Part shown: in pieces, positions 13,118-26,365 of the stretch
Numbering within the stretch: position 1 is the first letter of the stretch
Layout: each line of letters opens with the position of its first letter
DNA from: Octopus sinensis
Taxonomy: Eukaryota
Length of the DNA stretch: 64,000 nucleotides
Assembly: GCF_006345805.1 (NCBI RefSeq)
Contig: NC_043016.1
Coordinates: forward strand, 10,602,001-10,666,000
Direction of reading: 5' to 3'
Notes under the pieces: model-generated
The model's input: only the letters and a program-made list of their open reading frames with translations
Told to the model about the DNA's origin: nothing
Database searches by the model: none
Made by a program: the position numbers and the translations under genes

Positions 13118-13330
13118 TCTCTTTTACTCGTTTCAGTCATTTGACTGTGGCCATGCTGGGGCACCACCTTAAAGGATTTTAGTTGAACAATTCAACACCA
13201 GAACTTGGTTTTTTTATAGTTTAATACTTATTATGTTGGTCTCTTTTGCCAAACTGCTAAGTTACAGGGATGTAAACAAACTATTACCGATTATCAAGTG
13301 GTGATGGGAGGGCAAAGACACACGCATAGA
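13118..13330 (-). mobile_element. SINE family A, 3' half
   Basis: TTTCAGTCATTTGACTGTGGCCATGCTGG.. Confidence 0.7.
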
Positions 13331-13339
13331 TATATACAT

Positions 13340-13625
13340 ACATCATCATCATCATCATCATTTAACATTTGTTGTCCATGAGTTGGACGGTTTGACCAGG
13401 GTTGGTAAGCTGGAAGGCTGTGCCATGATCCAGTCTGATTTGGCATGGTTTTTTATGGTTGGATGCCCTTCCTAATGCCAACCACTCTGAGAGTGTAATG
13501 AGTGCTTTTGTGTGACACCAGTATCTGCCACGACTGTGATTTTGCTCAGCTTGATGGGTCTTCATCTCAAGCATGACATAATGCCAAAGGTCTCGGTCAT
13601 GCCTCCATGAGGCCCAACACATGAA
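13340..13625 (-). mobile_element. RTE LINE 3' tail
   Basis: (CAT)n then GGATGCCCTTCCTAATGCCAACCAC. Confidence 0.75.
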
Positions 13626-14061
13626 AGGAACTCGTATGTGTGGGTGTGTGTGTGTATGCATATATGGGTTCAGGACATCACCAACTGTGTAAACAACATG
13701 AAATACAAAAACAAAATGAGTTAAATATGCAAACAGCAAGAGAGAAAATGGAAAACAGGACAAGTAAACACAGAGAAAGGACTCTTCATCAGTTGTCGAC
13801 TGTCTATCTACTCCTCATTTCGAGCATTCAACGACAATATGAGTTTTCAAGGACAGTTGCTCCCATAAATTCTAAGATAATATTTAGCATTTATTGAGGG
13901 TTAAAGTTGGGAACAAAAACAGGACAGTGGAGACATACAAGGAAACCGAATGAAAACAAACACAGAGGGTTGTGAAACCCAAACATAAGTGAATTACTGC
14001 TATAATTGATTGTAATATGAATGACCATTTTATAAACCATGATTCAACTGTAATACTTATA

Positions 14062-14289
14062 AGTGAGCTGGCAGAAATGTTAGCACGCTGAGCAAAATGC
14101 GTAGCCATATTTCATCTGCCGCTACGTTCTGAGTTCAAATTCCGCCGGGGTCGACTTTGCCTTTCATCCTTTCGGGATCGATAAATTAAGTACCAGTTAT
14201 GCACTGGGGTCGATGTGATCGACTTAATCCGTTTATCTGTCCTTGTTTGTCCCCTCTGTGTTTAGCCCCTTGTGGGTAGTAAAGAAATA
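14062..14289 (+). mobile_element. SINE family B
   Basis: Match to 1369-1600. Confidence 0.85.
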
Positions 14290-14579
14290 TGTAATACTTA
14301 CAGAGGTGATTATAAGACCAGAATTCAATTTGATTTGAAAATATAACCTTCGACTGAATACCAATGCGGGAAGCTTGTTTGAATTAGTTCACTTTACAAA
14401 TATCGTAAGTGATGGACCTTTGATGAAATTGAAGCAACTAGGATGCATCACTGCATACAGAGCAATGTGCAGTTGCTGCAGTAGAAACATATGTTGCTCA
14501 TTGTTATATATACTGTACGAAATGTTTTTATTAAAAAGTTTTGGATGAGAATAAATTGCCAATCTCCACTTCATTATTA

Positions 14580-14988
14580 CTCTTTACTCTTTTACTTGTT
14601 TCAGTCATTTGACTGCGGCCATGCTGGAGTACCACCTTTAGTGGAGCAAATCGACCCCGAGACTTATTCTTTGTAAGCCCAGTACTTATTCTATCGGTCT
14701 CTTTAGCTGAACCGCTAAGTGACGGGGATGTAAACACACCAGCATCGGTTGTCAAGCAATGCTAGGGGGACAATCACAGACACACAAACATATACACACA
14801 CACTTATATATATATACATATATATGACAGGCTTCTTTCAGTTTCCATCTACCAAATCCACTCACAAGGCATTGGTCGGCCCGGGGCTATAGCAGAAGAC
14901 ACTTGCCCAAGATGCCACACAGTGAGACTGAACCCGGAACCATGTGGTTGGTTAGCAAGCTACTTACCACACAGCCACTCCTGCGCCT
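14580..14988 (-). mobile_element. SINE family A, full length
   Basis: Low-divergence copy; partial copies follow at ~15010-15172 (-) and ~15255-15425 (+). Confidence 0.9.
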
Positions 14989-15719
14989 ATATATATATAT
15001 ATATATACACACACGATGGGCTTCTTTCAGTTTCCAGCTAAATTCACTCACAAGGATTTTGTTAGCTCAAGGCTATTGTAGAAAACATTTGCCCAAGGTG
15101 TCATGCAGTAGGGCTGAACCCAGAGCGATATGGTTGGGAAGCAGGCTCCTTACCACGCAGCCATGCATGCGCTTAGATAGATACAGCTCTACAAGAGGTC
15201 AAAGGTATCCTGGAGCAGGTTTATGATGCTCCATATAGAGTCTGTAGATACTAAGGCATTAGCATGGCTGTGTTGATAAGCTTGCTTTGCAACTACATGG
15301 TCTCAGGTTCAGTCCCGATGTACAGCACCAAGGCAAGTATCTTCTATTATAACCTTGGGCCAACTAATGTCTTGTGAGTGAATTTGGTTGACAGAAACTG
15401 AGTAGAAGCCTGTCGTGTGTGTGTGTGGTGGGATTTGTATAAATTTACTAAAACCATTAAATGGTTCACTACTTTTTGAACATACACGCTGGTAATCATG
15501 GGCCAGGCCATATTTTACTCAGTTGAACAAAGTGTCATCCAAGCTGATGTTTATTGGTAATTAAACTTAATTTGCAACACCTGTGCATATTTATCAGCTT
15601 TGTTTTTGTTGATAATTCTTATCGAAAACTTTTCCCCGTAATCATGGTTTGAGAAGACATGCCAGTAGTAAGCTAAAGATCGGGCATAATCTCTTGTGAG
15701 GAAGAAGTGTGAAATAAAG

Positions 15720-16020
15720 TTTATTATAAACAAGATTATCAACAACCTTGGGCACCTTTTTGAATTCCATATGACAAACACTTGCAGACATGCTTATAAA
15801 ATCAAAAAACAACACAGCACTCATGACTCTTGGAAACATTTTTCATGCTCAGAATTGCTAAAGTATGGAATAAACTACCTGCATCAGTTGTTAGCTGTCG
15901 AGACACTACATCCTTCAAAACTTCTTGAAATCTGCCCTACAGTAAATCTGATGGCCTTTTTTTGTTTTTTTTTTTAATTTGTAGTGCATCTGAACACAGT
16001 ATACAACAATTTCCATCATT
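15720..16020 (+). mobile_element. CR1-type LINE 3' fragment
   Basis: Degenerate homologue of 36690-36990 (CATGCTTATAAAATCAAAAAACAACAC..TGGAATAAACTACCTG). Confidence 0.65.
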
Positions 16021-16023
16021 ATA

Positions 16024-16422
16024 TCTTTATATATAAAAGTGAGGTTGTGTGCTGTCTGTCTCCTACGATTTAAATTCCTAACTACTCCCACATTTTGCGG
16101 TGCAGTTTAACCAAAACCAGGTATCTTATAGTCGTGATTCATATCGAACCCTTCTGGGTATTAGCGCGCGTCTACGGTGAGTCTACGATTTTAAAAAAAA
16201 TTTACCATAATTTTTTCCCATTTTTAATGCATTTTGTTGCTATTATATAAGGGAAATAACTCTCTAAAAATGTATTATTAAATCTCAGAACGTAAAAAGC
16301 TACAGTAACCCCCCCCCTTTGTGGTTAGCCATATTGAGATGGCTATTATACTTTACATCTCTAAAAATGCTTATATAGTTATTTCCCTTACAAACTCGAG
16401 CAACGCCGGGCGATACTGCTAG
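16024..16422 (+). mobile_element. Non-autonomous Helitron (399 bp)
   Basis: 5' A|TCTTTATATATAAAAG; 3' GC-rich hairpin-like GCAACGCCGGGCG then CTAG|T; inserted between A and T without a TSD. Confidence 0.85.
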
Positions 16423-17229
16423 TCATATATAAATGCTCACGGTTTGTTAAATAATACTTTGGTTATTTCTGGTTATGCAGAGACCAGAGACACACAAACA
16501 CAGTCTGATACAGGTACATGCGTGCGTGCATGCACACACATACACAGTCTCGTACAGTTACTTACATGCACATACAAACGCACACAATCTCATACGGTTA
16601 CATGCATGCAAACACACACACACACACGCGCAGTCAGCGTCATATTTTTCATTTATTTATTTTTATTATTATTGGAACGCTAACATCGAGGGAGGAGGAG
16701 GGTATACTGACTGAGTGGCTAAAGCAGACTGACATAGTCAGTCTCATAAGGGAGGAGAAGGAGGGTGTATTGAGCAAGTAAAACAGACTGACACAAGTCA
16801 GTCCTGCAAAAACCGATTTTATTTATATAGACAGCACAAACACTTCGCAATTTGATAGCTTTTAATGTGATACCTGTTAAACAGAAATTACTTTTAGTTA
16901 ATGAAAATTTAATAAAATCTTATTAATAAGTAAGTGAAATTATGTTAAATGACAGCTAAATTGAAAACCTTTTCTCTCTGGCCAGACTGGCAATTCTGAA
17001 AACTTTTGGGTGCAAATTTTTTCATGATTAGAAGATTTTTTTAACAATTTTTATCCTGAAAATCACCTGTGTAAATTACACAGGTGCGCAATTTACATGG
17101 GTTTTTATGGTAAATTGATTTAATCTCATCGTAGATGATTCGAAAGCTGTGTATTGTCTTTCAACATGTATTGCAGCATCTTAATAATAAAAAAATATTC
17201 AGAGCAGCTCTGCATTGAGAGGTCTCGGC

Positions 17230-17515
17230 ACTTGAACTACAGACTTGATTAGAATGTCTTAGGAAAGAATCATGAGACAAATTCTTCAAGCTGAGATAGC
17301 TAACAAGAGACGTAGGTATAGACCAAGAACAAGATGACTGGATGATATTCTTCGTCTCAGTTGATCACACTTGGTAATTCAAGCAGAAAGTCAAATGACG
17401 ATTGCTTCAGGTTGGACCCTGTGGAGGAGGAGGTGCCTGAGGACACTACCTCTACAACACTCCCAAGAATTGTAGGCAGAGAAGACGGATGGGTGGGTGG
17501 ATGGATGGATTGATT
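17230..17515 (+). mobile_element. Decayed RTE-type LINE 3' end (same family as 32170-32990)
   Basis: GAAAGAATCATGAGACAAATTC..AGACCAAGAACAAGATG..ending in (GGAT)n. Confidence 0.55.
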
Positions 17516-18077
17516 AATGTTGTTATATTTATGGTTGTGGGGTGAAGGAACTTCACTTCCCAACCATATGCTTTCAGGTTCAGTTCCTCTGTGTGATACC
17601 TTTGGCAAGTGTCTTTCTACTTTAGAAGAAAGCCTTGTAAATGGAGTTGGCAGAGGAAAAAACTGAAAGACGTTTTGTGTGTGTGTGTGTGACCTTGTCT
17701 TGATATTGCATGATAGTTGTAAGCGAGCATTGTCATACAAGTGATGCCATTCATTTCCATGCATAAACATATCCAGCCAAGAGGAAATATTACCTTACTG
17801 AGAAACAAGTGTGTGTGCATGTGTTGGAGACAGGAAGAGCATCCAGCTTTCTGACCCATGCAAGCATGGAAAAGTAGGTGTTGGTACACGCACATGCACA
17901 CACACGACATGAACACAATATGTATGCAGGATGCATACAACACACATGCAGCATGCACACAGTACATGCATGTAACATGCACATAACATACACACATGCA
18001 ACATGCACACACCAGTCACACATAGCATGCATACAGCATACATGCATGCACACACACAAAACAAACATACACAACGT

Positions 18078-18488
18078 AGGCGCAGGAGTGGCTCTGTGGT
18101 AAGTAGCTTGCTAACCAACCACATGGTTACGGGTTCAGTCCCACTGCGTGGCATCTTGGGCAAGTGTCTTCTGCTATATCCCCGGGCCGACCAATGCCTT
18201 GTGAGTGGATTTGGTAGACAGAAACTGAAAGAAGCCTGTCGTATATATGTGTATATATATATATATATGTTTGTGTGTCTGTGTTTGTTCCCCTAGCATT
18301 GCTTGACAACCGATGCTGGTGTGTTTACGTCCCCGTCACTTAGCGGTTTGGCAAAAGAGTCCGATAGAATAAGTACTAGGCTTACAAAGAATAAGTCCCG
18401 GGGTCGATTTGCTCGACTAAAGGCGATGCTCCAGCATGGGCACAGTCAAATGACTGAAACAAGTAAAAGAGTAAAGAGAGTAAGAGTA
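18078..18488 (+). mobile_element. SINE family A, full length
   Basis: AGGAGTGGCT.TGTGGTAAG (A-box-like) ..GGGTTCAGTCCC (B-box-like) through the AAGAGTA tail. Confidence 0.9.
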
Positions 18489-18751
18489 TACACACACACA
18501 AATAGTGAAAATTCCCCAATTAAAAATTTGATAAGATTCATAATAAAATCTGCATAAAATGTTTCTATTCAACCACTCCTACAATTGGACAAACATTAGC
18601 ACAAGCAGATTGAAATTATTCAATCAAAAGGATGTGTTATAATACTATTCCACATATACAAAAACAGCCATACTAACAATCTAACATACCTCCATCATCA
18701 GCTGCCCCTCAGATATCATTATGGTTTTGACACTTGAACGCTATTCAATAG

Positions 18752-18796
<45 letters not shown>

Positions 18797-18838
18797 CATT
18801 ATTATTATTATTAGTAGTAGTAGTAGTAGTAGTAGTAG
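18752..18838. repeat. (ATT)n(AGT)n compound microsatellite
   Basis: Directly visible. Confidence 0.95.
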
Positions 18839-19275
18839 AATGATATATATGATGTCTAAACATGCATTTGATGGATGATACTGATGGCATGCAACAATTC
18901 AGAAATCCAGATTTACCAATTCCATCATCAGCTATTTATACACTTGTGTGTTTTTTTAACTCCATATGTCTATGTGAAATGCTTTCTCAAGATGAACATC
19001 ACAGCTCTGTGGCTTTCTATAGTATATCCATGTTAAGATGTGTGAGTGTGTGATTCTGTACCAATACTGCTTCCATCACTAATAATAATACATAATGTTA
19101 TAAGCTTTGACATTTAGTGGATATTAATTTACCATAACAATACTTTATAAAGATTCTTTGCAAGCCTTATATGTTGTGCAATGCAGAATCTTAAGAAATG
19201 TAATATTCAGAATTACCTCCCCTTAATAAACATTCAGATCTGACTTCCTGTTTGCATACACAGAAGACCCAGAAT

Positions 19276-19690
19276 ACTCTTTTACTTGTTTCAGTCATTT
19301 GACTGTGACCATGCTGGAGCACCACCTTTAGTCGACCAAATCGATCCCAGGACTTATTCTTTGTAAGCCTAGTACTTGTTTTATCAGTCTCTTTTGCCGA
19401 ACTGCTAAGTGACGGGGACGTAAACACACACCAGCATCGGTTGTCAAGCAGTGTTGGGGTGGACAAACACAGACACACAAACACACACAAACACACACAT
19501 ACATACACATATATATATATACATATATACGACGGGCTTCTTTCAGTTTCTGTCTACCAAATCCACTCACAAGGTTTTGGTCGGCCCAGGGCTATAGTAG
19601 AAGACACTTGCCCAAGGTGTCACGCAATGGGACTGACCCCGGAACCATGTGGTTGGTAAGCAAGCTACTTACCACACAGCAACTCCTACT
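19276..19690 (-). mobile_element. SINE family A, full length
   Basis: Full match. Confidence 0.9.
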
Positions 19691-19887
19691 CCAATGATTC
19701 ACCAGATAACTTTGAGTACAGAGAACAATGATCAAAACAAATTTCATCACTTTCGAAGGAGACAAAATATATTTAGTTAAGTTACCCCCTCCGCTCCTTT
19801 TTTTTTTTTTTTTTACTTTTATTTCTTTTCCTTTTTCCATCTCTCTTTCCCCGTCTTTGCATTTGTGGGGATCTTTCAAATTTACTT

Positions 19888-20106
19888 TAACCCTTTAGCA
19901 ATTAAACCGGCCATATCCAGCCAAAAGTATTCTGCTTGTTTTATGTTCAAATTGGCCAGATCTGGTCTCTTACACCAACCTTACAATATCATCTTAAAAA
20001 TTAACAGCTACCTCATCAAAACCTCATAGCTACAACATAATGCATGATTAGTTCAAAACAATGTGGATGAAGAAGCATTAATTTTGGCAGAATAATGTGA
20101 ACACTA
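19888..20106. mobile_element. MITE family 2
   Basis: Starts TTAACCCTTTAGCA. Confidence 0.75.
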
Positions 20107-20407
20107 AACAAAATTAACAATCCATTGGATTATATATATTCAGTAACATTTTGTCAATCCTGACTAAGTTAATTGAGCTGAATACATTCATTTGTCAAAT
20201 GGTGGTAGGAAACAAACACAAAGAAACATGAATACAAATGTGTGAGTGTGTATATCAATATATATCTGCTTCCATCTCCTGAGCGCCTATTAATAATAAT
20301 ACTGTAATTGTTCCTGTTGTTGTTGTTTTTTTGTTCCCCTTTTGGATTAAAATTATATATATATATATATATATATGTCTATGCCAGTATGGAAAACAGA
20401 TGTTATA

Positions 20408-20560
20408 TACAGGGTGTGATAGGTAAATTGTCACCATTTTATATTTTTAATTTCACGCATGTGCATTGTTTGTTTTTGATTTTGTTGACTACACAGTATA
20501 GTAGGGTCAGTTGGGCACCGTCTGTGAGAAAAACATCACCATGACACAATTCATATGAAA
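20408..20560 (+). mobile_element. Tc1/mariner-like left end fragment
   Basis: TA+CAGGGTGTGATAGGTAAATTGTCACC, typical of a Tc1-type terminus; right end not found. Confidence 0.45.
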
Positions 20561-20684
20561 TCGTAATACCTGATTGAGAAAATTAGCATCTATTTCCTAT
20601 TTTATGTGTCAGTTAAACAACACTGGCATCGACCATGACTACTTGGCTTGACAGGCCTACTCAAGCAGAACACATCTCCAAATA

Positions 20685-21882
20685 ACCCACTGAGAGTTAA
20701 TCTAGCAAGAACCAAAATCTTACTAAGTAGGAGAGTAGACATGTAAGCTATGGACACATAAGAAGTGCAGCAATATCAGAGGAAGGTTAACAGGGAAAAT
20801 AGTTTTTGTGTGTAGTAGGTGCTCAGGTACAGTTAACACTAAAAATGTACAGAAAATAGGCTCCATCGAATGTTGGGGCGGGATGGGGGTGGACTAGAAG
20901 TAGTTGATAGCTTCCATCACCTAAGTGATCAAGTCAGTAGCCGGGGTGAATGCTCTGAAAGTGTAGCTTCTAGAATAAGAATAGGGTGAGCAAAGTTCAG
21001 GCAGTTCCTACCTCTGCTGACAACAAAGGGCCTCCCTCTCAGAGTGAAAGGCAGACTGTATGATGCCTGTGTGCAAACAGCTATGCTACACAGCAGTGAA
21101 ACATGGGCTGTGACCACTGAGGACGTGCGCAGGTTTGTCAGAAATGAAACTAGTATGCTCTGCTGGATGTGTAATGTCAGTGTGCATACTGGACAGAGTA
21201 TAAGTGTCCTGGGAGAAAAGCTGGGCATAAGAGGAATGAGATGTGGTGTGCGAGAGAGACAGCTGCGCTGGTATGGTCATGTGATGCGTATGGACAAGGA
21301 CAACTGTGTAAAGAAGTGCCACACACTAATGGTGGAGGAAACCTGTGGAAGAGGTAGACCCAGAAAGACATGGGATGATGTCATGAAGCATGATCTTTGA
21401 ATGTTGGGCCTCATAGAGGCAATGGCAGGTGACCGAGACCTGTGGAGATATGTTGTGCTTGAGAAGACCAGGCAAGCCAAATGAGATCATAGTCATGGCC
21501 AATGCCTGTGTTATTTAACTGGCACATAAAAATCGCCCCTCAAACGTTGTGTGATGTTCTGTGTTTGAGAAGACTTGTCAAACCAAGTGAAATCATAGCC
21601 GTGGCCAATGCCAGTGCAGGTTGACTGGCGTCCACGCTGGTGGCATGTAAAAAAAACACCATTCAAGAGCATAGCCGATGCCACGTCAATGGCATCCATG
21701 CTGGTGGCATGTAAAAAGTACCCACTTCACTCTTGGTGTCGTTGACGTTAAGGAGGGAATCAAGCCGTAGAAACCATGGTAAACCAGATTGGAACTGAGT
21801 GTAGCTCCCCTGGCTTACCAGTTTTCAGGCAAATTATCCAACCCCTGCCAGCATGGAAGGCAGATATTAAATGATGATGAAT
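20685..21882 (+). mobile_element. 5'-truncated RTE LINE (RT C-terminus + 3' UTR)
   Basis: Translates LRVNLARTKILLSR..KGRLYDACVQTAMLHSSETWA..LRWYGHVMRM..GRGRPRKTW, homologous to 49368-51056; ends in (GAT)n. Confidence 0.9.
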
Positions 21883-22690
21883 CCCTACATACTCATTCTC
21901 ATCTTGCAAAAGAACTGCCTTTAAACTGGAAACAGTGCCATCAATGAGTATCCATCAATCTGTCTTCACATCAGTGGAAATTCTCGGTGCTATCAATAAA
22001 CTAGCAATGTTCTTGCAATAAACGAAACCCAGTTCAGCTTGTGTGTCGAAAAATTCAACAAATTTCTTCTCTGTGCCTGTATGCTGTTGTCTTGGTTCCT
22101 TGGGTTAAGACACCAAATTCTCAGAGCATTATTCCAGCCAAGTGAGAATCATTCTTGGAAAATCCCAAGTTTTGAACAAAATGATCAAGTTGTTTTTGAC
22201 TTGTTTTAGGGTATGAATGAGGAATTTCAAAATCTTTGTCATCCATTTGTTCTTCACATCCAGTTTTGACATTGGAATCATCATCTGACTCACTCAATGG
22301 TTGATTGCTTGTCACAGGGGGAATTCCATCTTCATACGGTGGTGGTATTAGGGCAGATGGCAAATTTGGATACTTCATTTACTTTTCAGTTTTCTTATTG
22401 ATTCCCTTAATATAAGTTATACGAAAGTAGTATTCAGTAGTTTTTCTCAGCATGCCAGAGGAGAGGCAAATGACATTTGCTCCAGCTTGCCACTGGACTA
22501 GGAAAGCAGATCACAGCAAACTTTATGTATAATATGTGGAGCAAAACGTTTATCTTGGTCTCCAAGTTTCCTTGTGAAGTAATCCTTGTATGAGTGGCGT
22601 GATGTTTCTTCTACCATTCTTCAATGTGTAATCCCCACAGATGTAACAAAAGTAATGTGGGTCATTGCGACATACACATCTTGAAGCCAT
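21882..22690 (-). pseudogene. N-terminal half of a DNA transposase, Chapaev3-like
   Basis: Translates MASRCVCRNDPHYFCYICG..RRNITP..KLGDQDKRFAPH..KYPNLPSA..LIDGTVSSLKAVLL with stops and frameshifts; family label from motif memory. Confidence 0.65.
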
Positions 22691-23857
22691 GCAAACTAAA
22701 GCAAATTGAAGTGACTAAAAAAACAAAAACAATAGAAAAAAAAACATCAGTCCACAGTGAACAGAGCAATTACCAATTTGGTGCAACAAGTCACAATAAC
22801 ATTTGAAACATGTATTTAAATCAAAATGTTCTAAAAGTAGACGTGATCTAATATTGTTATATCTACTTTTACAGCTCTCGTTTATTGGAAGTGTTCTGAA
22901 AATAGACATGGTGTAATATGTGTTACATTTACTTTTGCAGCTCTACCATTCAAAGTTGTCACAAAAAGAACAATCAAAGACATTCTTAAAAGACAAATAG
23001 GAACACTTGACATACTGCGTGGAAATTTGGTCAATAGGAGGTATCTTGTACCTCAAAATCTAGATGTGATGGAGCAAAACTGACTTCATATTCAGAAAAA
23101 CCATCCTAAAATTAACCAAAAAAATCATCCTAATCATCTCTTGCTAGAGGAATTTTTTTTTGTTTTATCATGCACTGAATATTTCCCTGTGTTTTGAAGT
23201 GAACAAGAGTAGATGATGTCGAGGAATTAGAAAGTGAGTAAAAGGGTGGGGAGTGGGACAACAACAAATAACCAGTCAGTATTCATTAAGTTGTGCAGTT
23301 TTAAAACAATAACTGATTGAAGAGGTAGTAAAATCTGTAAATGAGAGAATAGTAAGGACATTTTCAAAGAAAGAGTTCTACATAAAGTACTACAAGGAAA
23401 TTTTATCCATCATCTTCTCCACCCATTATTCCTGGTGGGTAAGGGTTCTCAGACTCTTCCTCCACAGGGACTTATCACAAGCAACAATCATTACATTTTC
23501 CACCTGGATTCCCAGTCAAGACTGAGACCATAGATATTATCCAACCATTTCCTTCTTGGTCTACCACTAGGTCGCCTGCTGGTTGAATCACTTTGAAGAA
23601 TATGTCTTGCATTTTTTTTTTTTTTACTCTGACATTCTAGTCACAAATTTATAGTGCCAAAGCTGTGACCTCTCAATGCAGAGAAGTAGTAAACCTGGCC
23701 TCAAAAAAAATCCCTGATCTCCAAATTATACATCATGTTAAATAACATTTCTCCAGAAATCCTTAAGAACCCCTTTTTGGCTACTTGTATTCATGACTCT
23801 ACGCTTTTAGACACTACCTGACATTCCTGACCATAGGTAGGAATAGGTATAAAACAA

Positions 23858-24068
23858 GACGGCGAACTGGTAGAAACGTTAGCACACCGGGCGAAATGTG
23901 TAGCCGTATTTCTGAGTTCAAATTCCGCCGAGGTCGACTTTGCCTTTCATCCTTTCGGGGTCGATAAATTAAGTACCAGTTATGCACTGGGGTCGATGTA
24001 ATCAACTAAATCCGTTTGTTTGTCCTTGTTTGTCCCCTCTGTGTTTAGCCCCTTGTGGGTAGTAAAGA
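23858..24068 (+). mobile_element. SINE family B with 16-bp TSD
   Basis: AATAGGTATAAAACAA at 23842-23857 and 24069-24084. Confidence 0.9.
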
Positions 24069-24506
24069 AATAGGTATAAAACAAACTGAAGGTAGCAAGT
24101 TTGTTTTATTTATTTATTTTTTGCAACCTCTTCTCTTTTACACAGAACTTAACTAAGTTTATTGTTGATGAAAGAGATAGTCATTCAAATGGGGGACCAA
24201 ATAGCAAATGGTAATTCTTCAAAAGTATAAGACACATTGATGATGATGATGATGATGTAAATAATAATAATGTTTTTTATTATAGTGCCTGAAATTTTGG
24301 AAGAAGGCACTAGTCAATTACATTGACTCCAGTGCTTCATGGATTCTACTTGAAGACTGATCAATATAAAAGGAAAACAGAATCTTTTTTCTAAAGACTG
24401 AAGTTTTGAGTTGATTTGTCTGGATAATTTTGTTCGGCCCTTGGAGATACAAAGTTAGTGTGGAATACTTTTTAGTTCAATTTCAAAAATAATTATATAT
24501 AGTGTG

Positions 24507-24698
24507 TGTGTGTTATGAGAATTTATGGAAAGGAATCCTGTAGAAACTCAACAAATTTGTTAAAAATGGAGAAGAAAATGTTAAAATTTGAAAGAATTAA
24601 AATTTTAATTCTTTCAAATTCTAACATCTCTTCTCCATTTTTAACAAATTTGTTGAGTTTCTATGGGATTCCTTTCCATAAATTCTCATGACACACCA
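24507..24698. repeat. ~190-bp spacerless palindrome
   Basis: Arms of ~95 bp are reverse complements with few mismatches; centre AATTAAAA|TTTTAATT at 24602/24603. Confidence 0.95.
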
Positions 24699-25387
24699 TA
24701 TATATACAAGCATTATTTTCATATTCGCAAAAATCTTACGCCAGTAAGCTACCTGTAAAATATGAAGAATCTTTATTAGAAATCGCTTTTTTGGAATTCT
24801 CCAAATTAAAGGATGAAATATAATTCAACCTTCACACACACACACACACAGATCTCCCCTTTTGTTATATTTTCCTCAACAGAAACTGGAATAGCAAGTT
24901 GTTTAGTATGATTAACGTTTAACATCCTGTTTGAAAATTTTTTTGAGTGGAAAACCCAGTCGTGTGGGGATTTTGCTACAGAATGAAAATGAATGTTTGA
25001 GAAATAGTTTAGTTTTTTTTCTCCTTTATATTAGCATCTCCCTTCCTCTGAAATGAAGGTAAACAATGTTAGTACAATTTGTGTGATATCACATGTTTCA
25101 GGACTGCCTAACTGATGCAGTCTTGTCTTGTGTGGTGTGGTTCTGTGTCATATATAGGAAGCTAACGGTTATTATCCAGTATCAACATTTGCTAATCAAT
25201 GTTTGTTGGGGAACATATGGTGCAACAGAAGTATCAGAGCTTTGTAGATTACTTTAGTACAGGATTGACTAAAAAGCAACAAAGGTTTTGCAATGTGAAG
25301 TGAATGAATTAGATGGTTAGTCTGATATAGTCAGTCAGGTTGTAAAGAATGCTCTCCACCCTCACTGCCCTTAATGGCCCTTTGGTG

Positions 25388-25770
25388 GAGGTGCAATGGC
25401 CCAGTGGTTAGGGCAGCGGACTCGTGGTCATAGGATCGCGGTTTCGATTCCCAGACCGGGCGTTGTGAGTGTTTATTGAGCGAAAACACCTAAATCTCCA
25501 CGAGGCTCCAGCAGGGGATGGTGGTGATCCCTGCTGTACTCTTTCACCACAACTTTCTCTCACTCTTACTTCCTGTTTCTGTTGTACCTGTATTTCAAAA
25601 GGGCCGGCCTTGTCACTCTCTGTGTCACGCTGAATATCCCCGAGAACTACGTTAAGGGTACACATGTCTGTGGAGTGCTCAGCCACTTAGACGTTAATTT
25701 CACGAGCAGGCTGTTCCGTTGATTCGGATCAACCGGATACCTCATCGTCGTAACAGACGGAGTGCTTCCA
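25388..25770 (+). mobile_element. SINE family C (tRNA-derived head)
   Basis: TGGCCCAGTGG A-box and GTTTCGATTCCC B-box followed by a ~300-bp body. Confidence 0.75.
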
Positions 25771-26365
25771 GTGGCCCTTTAGCATTCACATATTACTCTG
25801 TCAACTGTAATTTTCATTAATTCACATTGTTTTAAATTAATCATGCATTATCTCATGGCTTCAAGAATCTGATGATGTGATCGTTTAGTTTTAGAATGAT
25901 AATTGTAGGACAGGTAAAATAAGATGTGATTACACTCCTATGTGTGTTAATAACACCAAGAAGGAGGTGTATTTTTCCATTCACTAAAGTGCATGGAACT
26001 TTAGCTCGGAGCAACTGATGTTGTCAGACAGTATCCAACGTTCATAGGGTGTTTTGAACCGTAACACCCTCCCATTGGTGGATCAGCAGAGGTGGCCAAA
26101 TCACTGCTCCTCTCTCTTGCTCCAAAGCCAACAAGAGGCTCTTTCAGCTGCCTCTCCCATCCTGCGCACAGCCACCCTTCACTCCTTTCCTCTCATTCCA
26201 ATGGCTGTAAGCACCATTCATGACGACCGAGCAGGGAACCCCCCTACAGAAATGATTACATTTTTTATAAAGAAAAGGATAAAAACAGTACAACTTCTGA
26301 AAGACCTCTACTATTCAAGAATAGTAACATGGGCAAAGCAGGTACTGATGAAAATAGAGAAAGAG

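Noticed and set aside
13780-13835. Possible type II hammerhead on the minus strand (GCTC-GAAA..CTGATGA-A-GAGT)
   Set aside because: Only stem II pairs; no convincing stem III or stem I.
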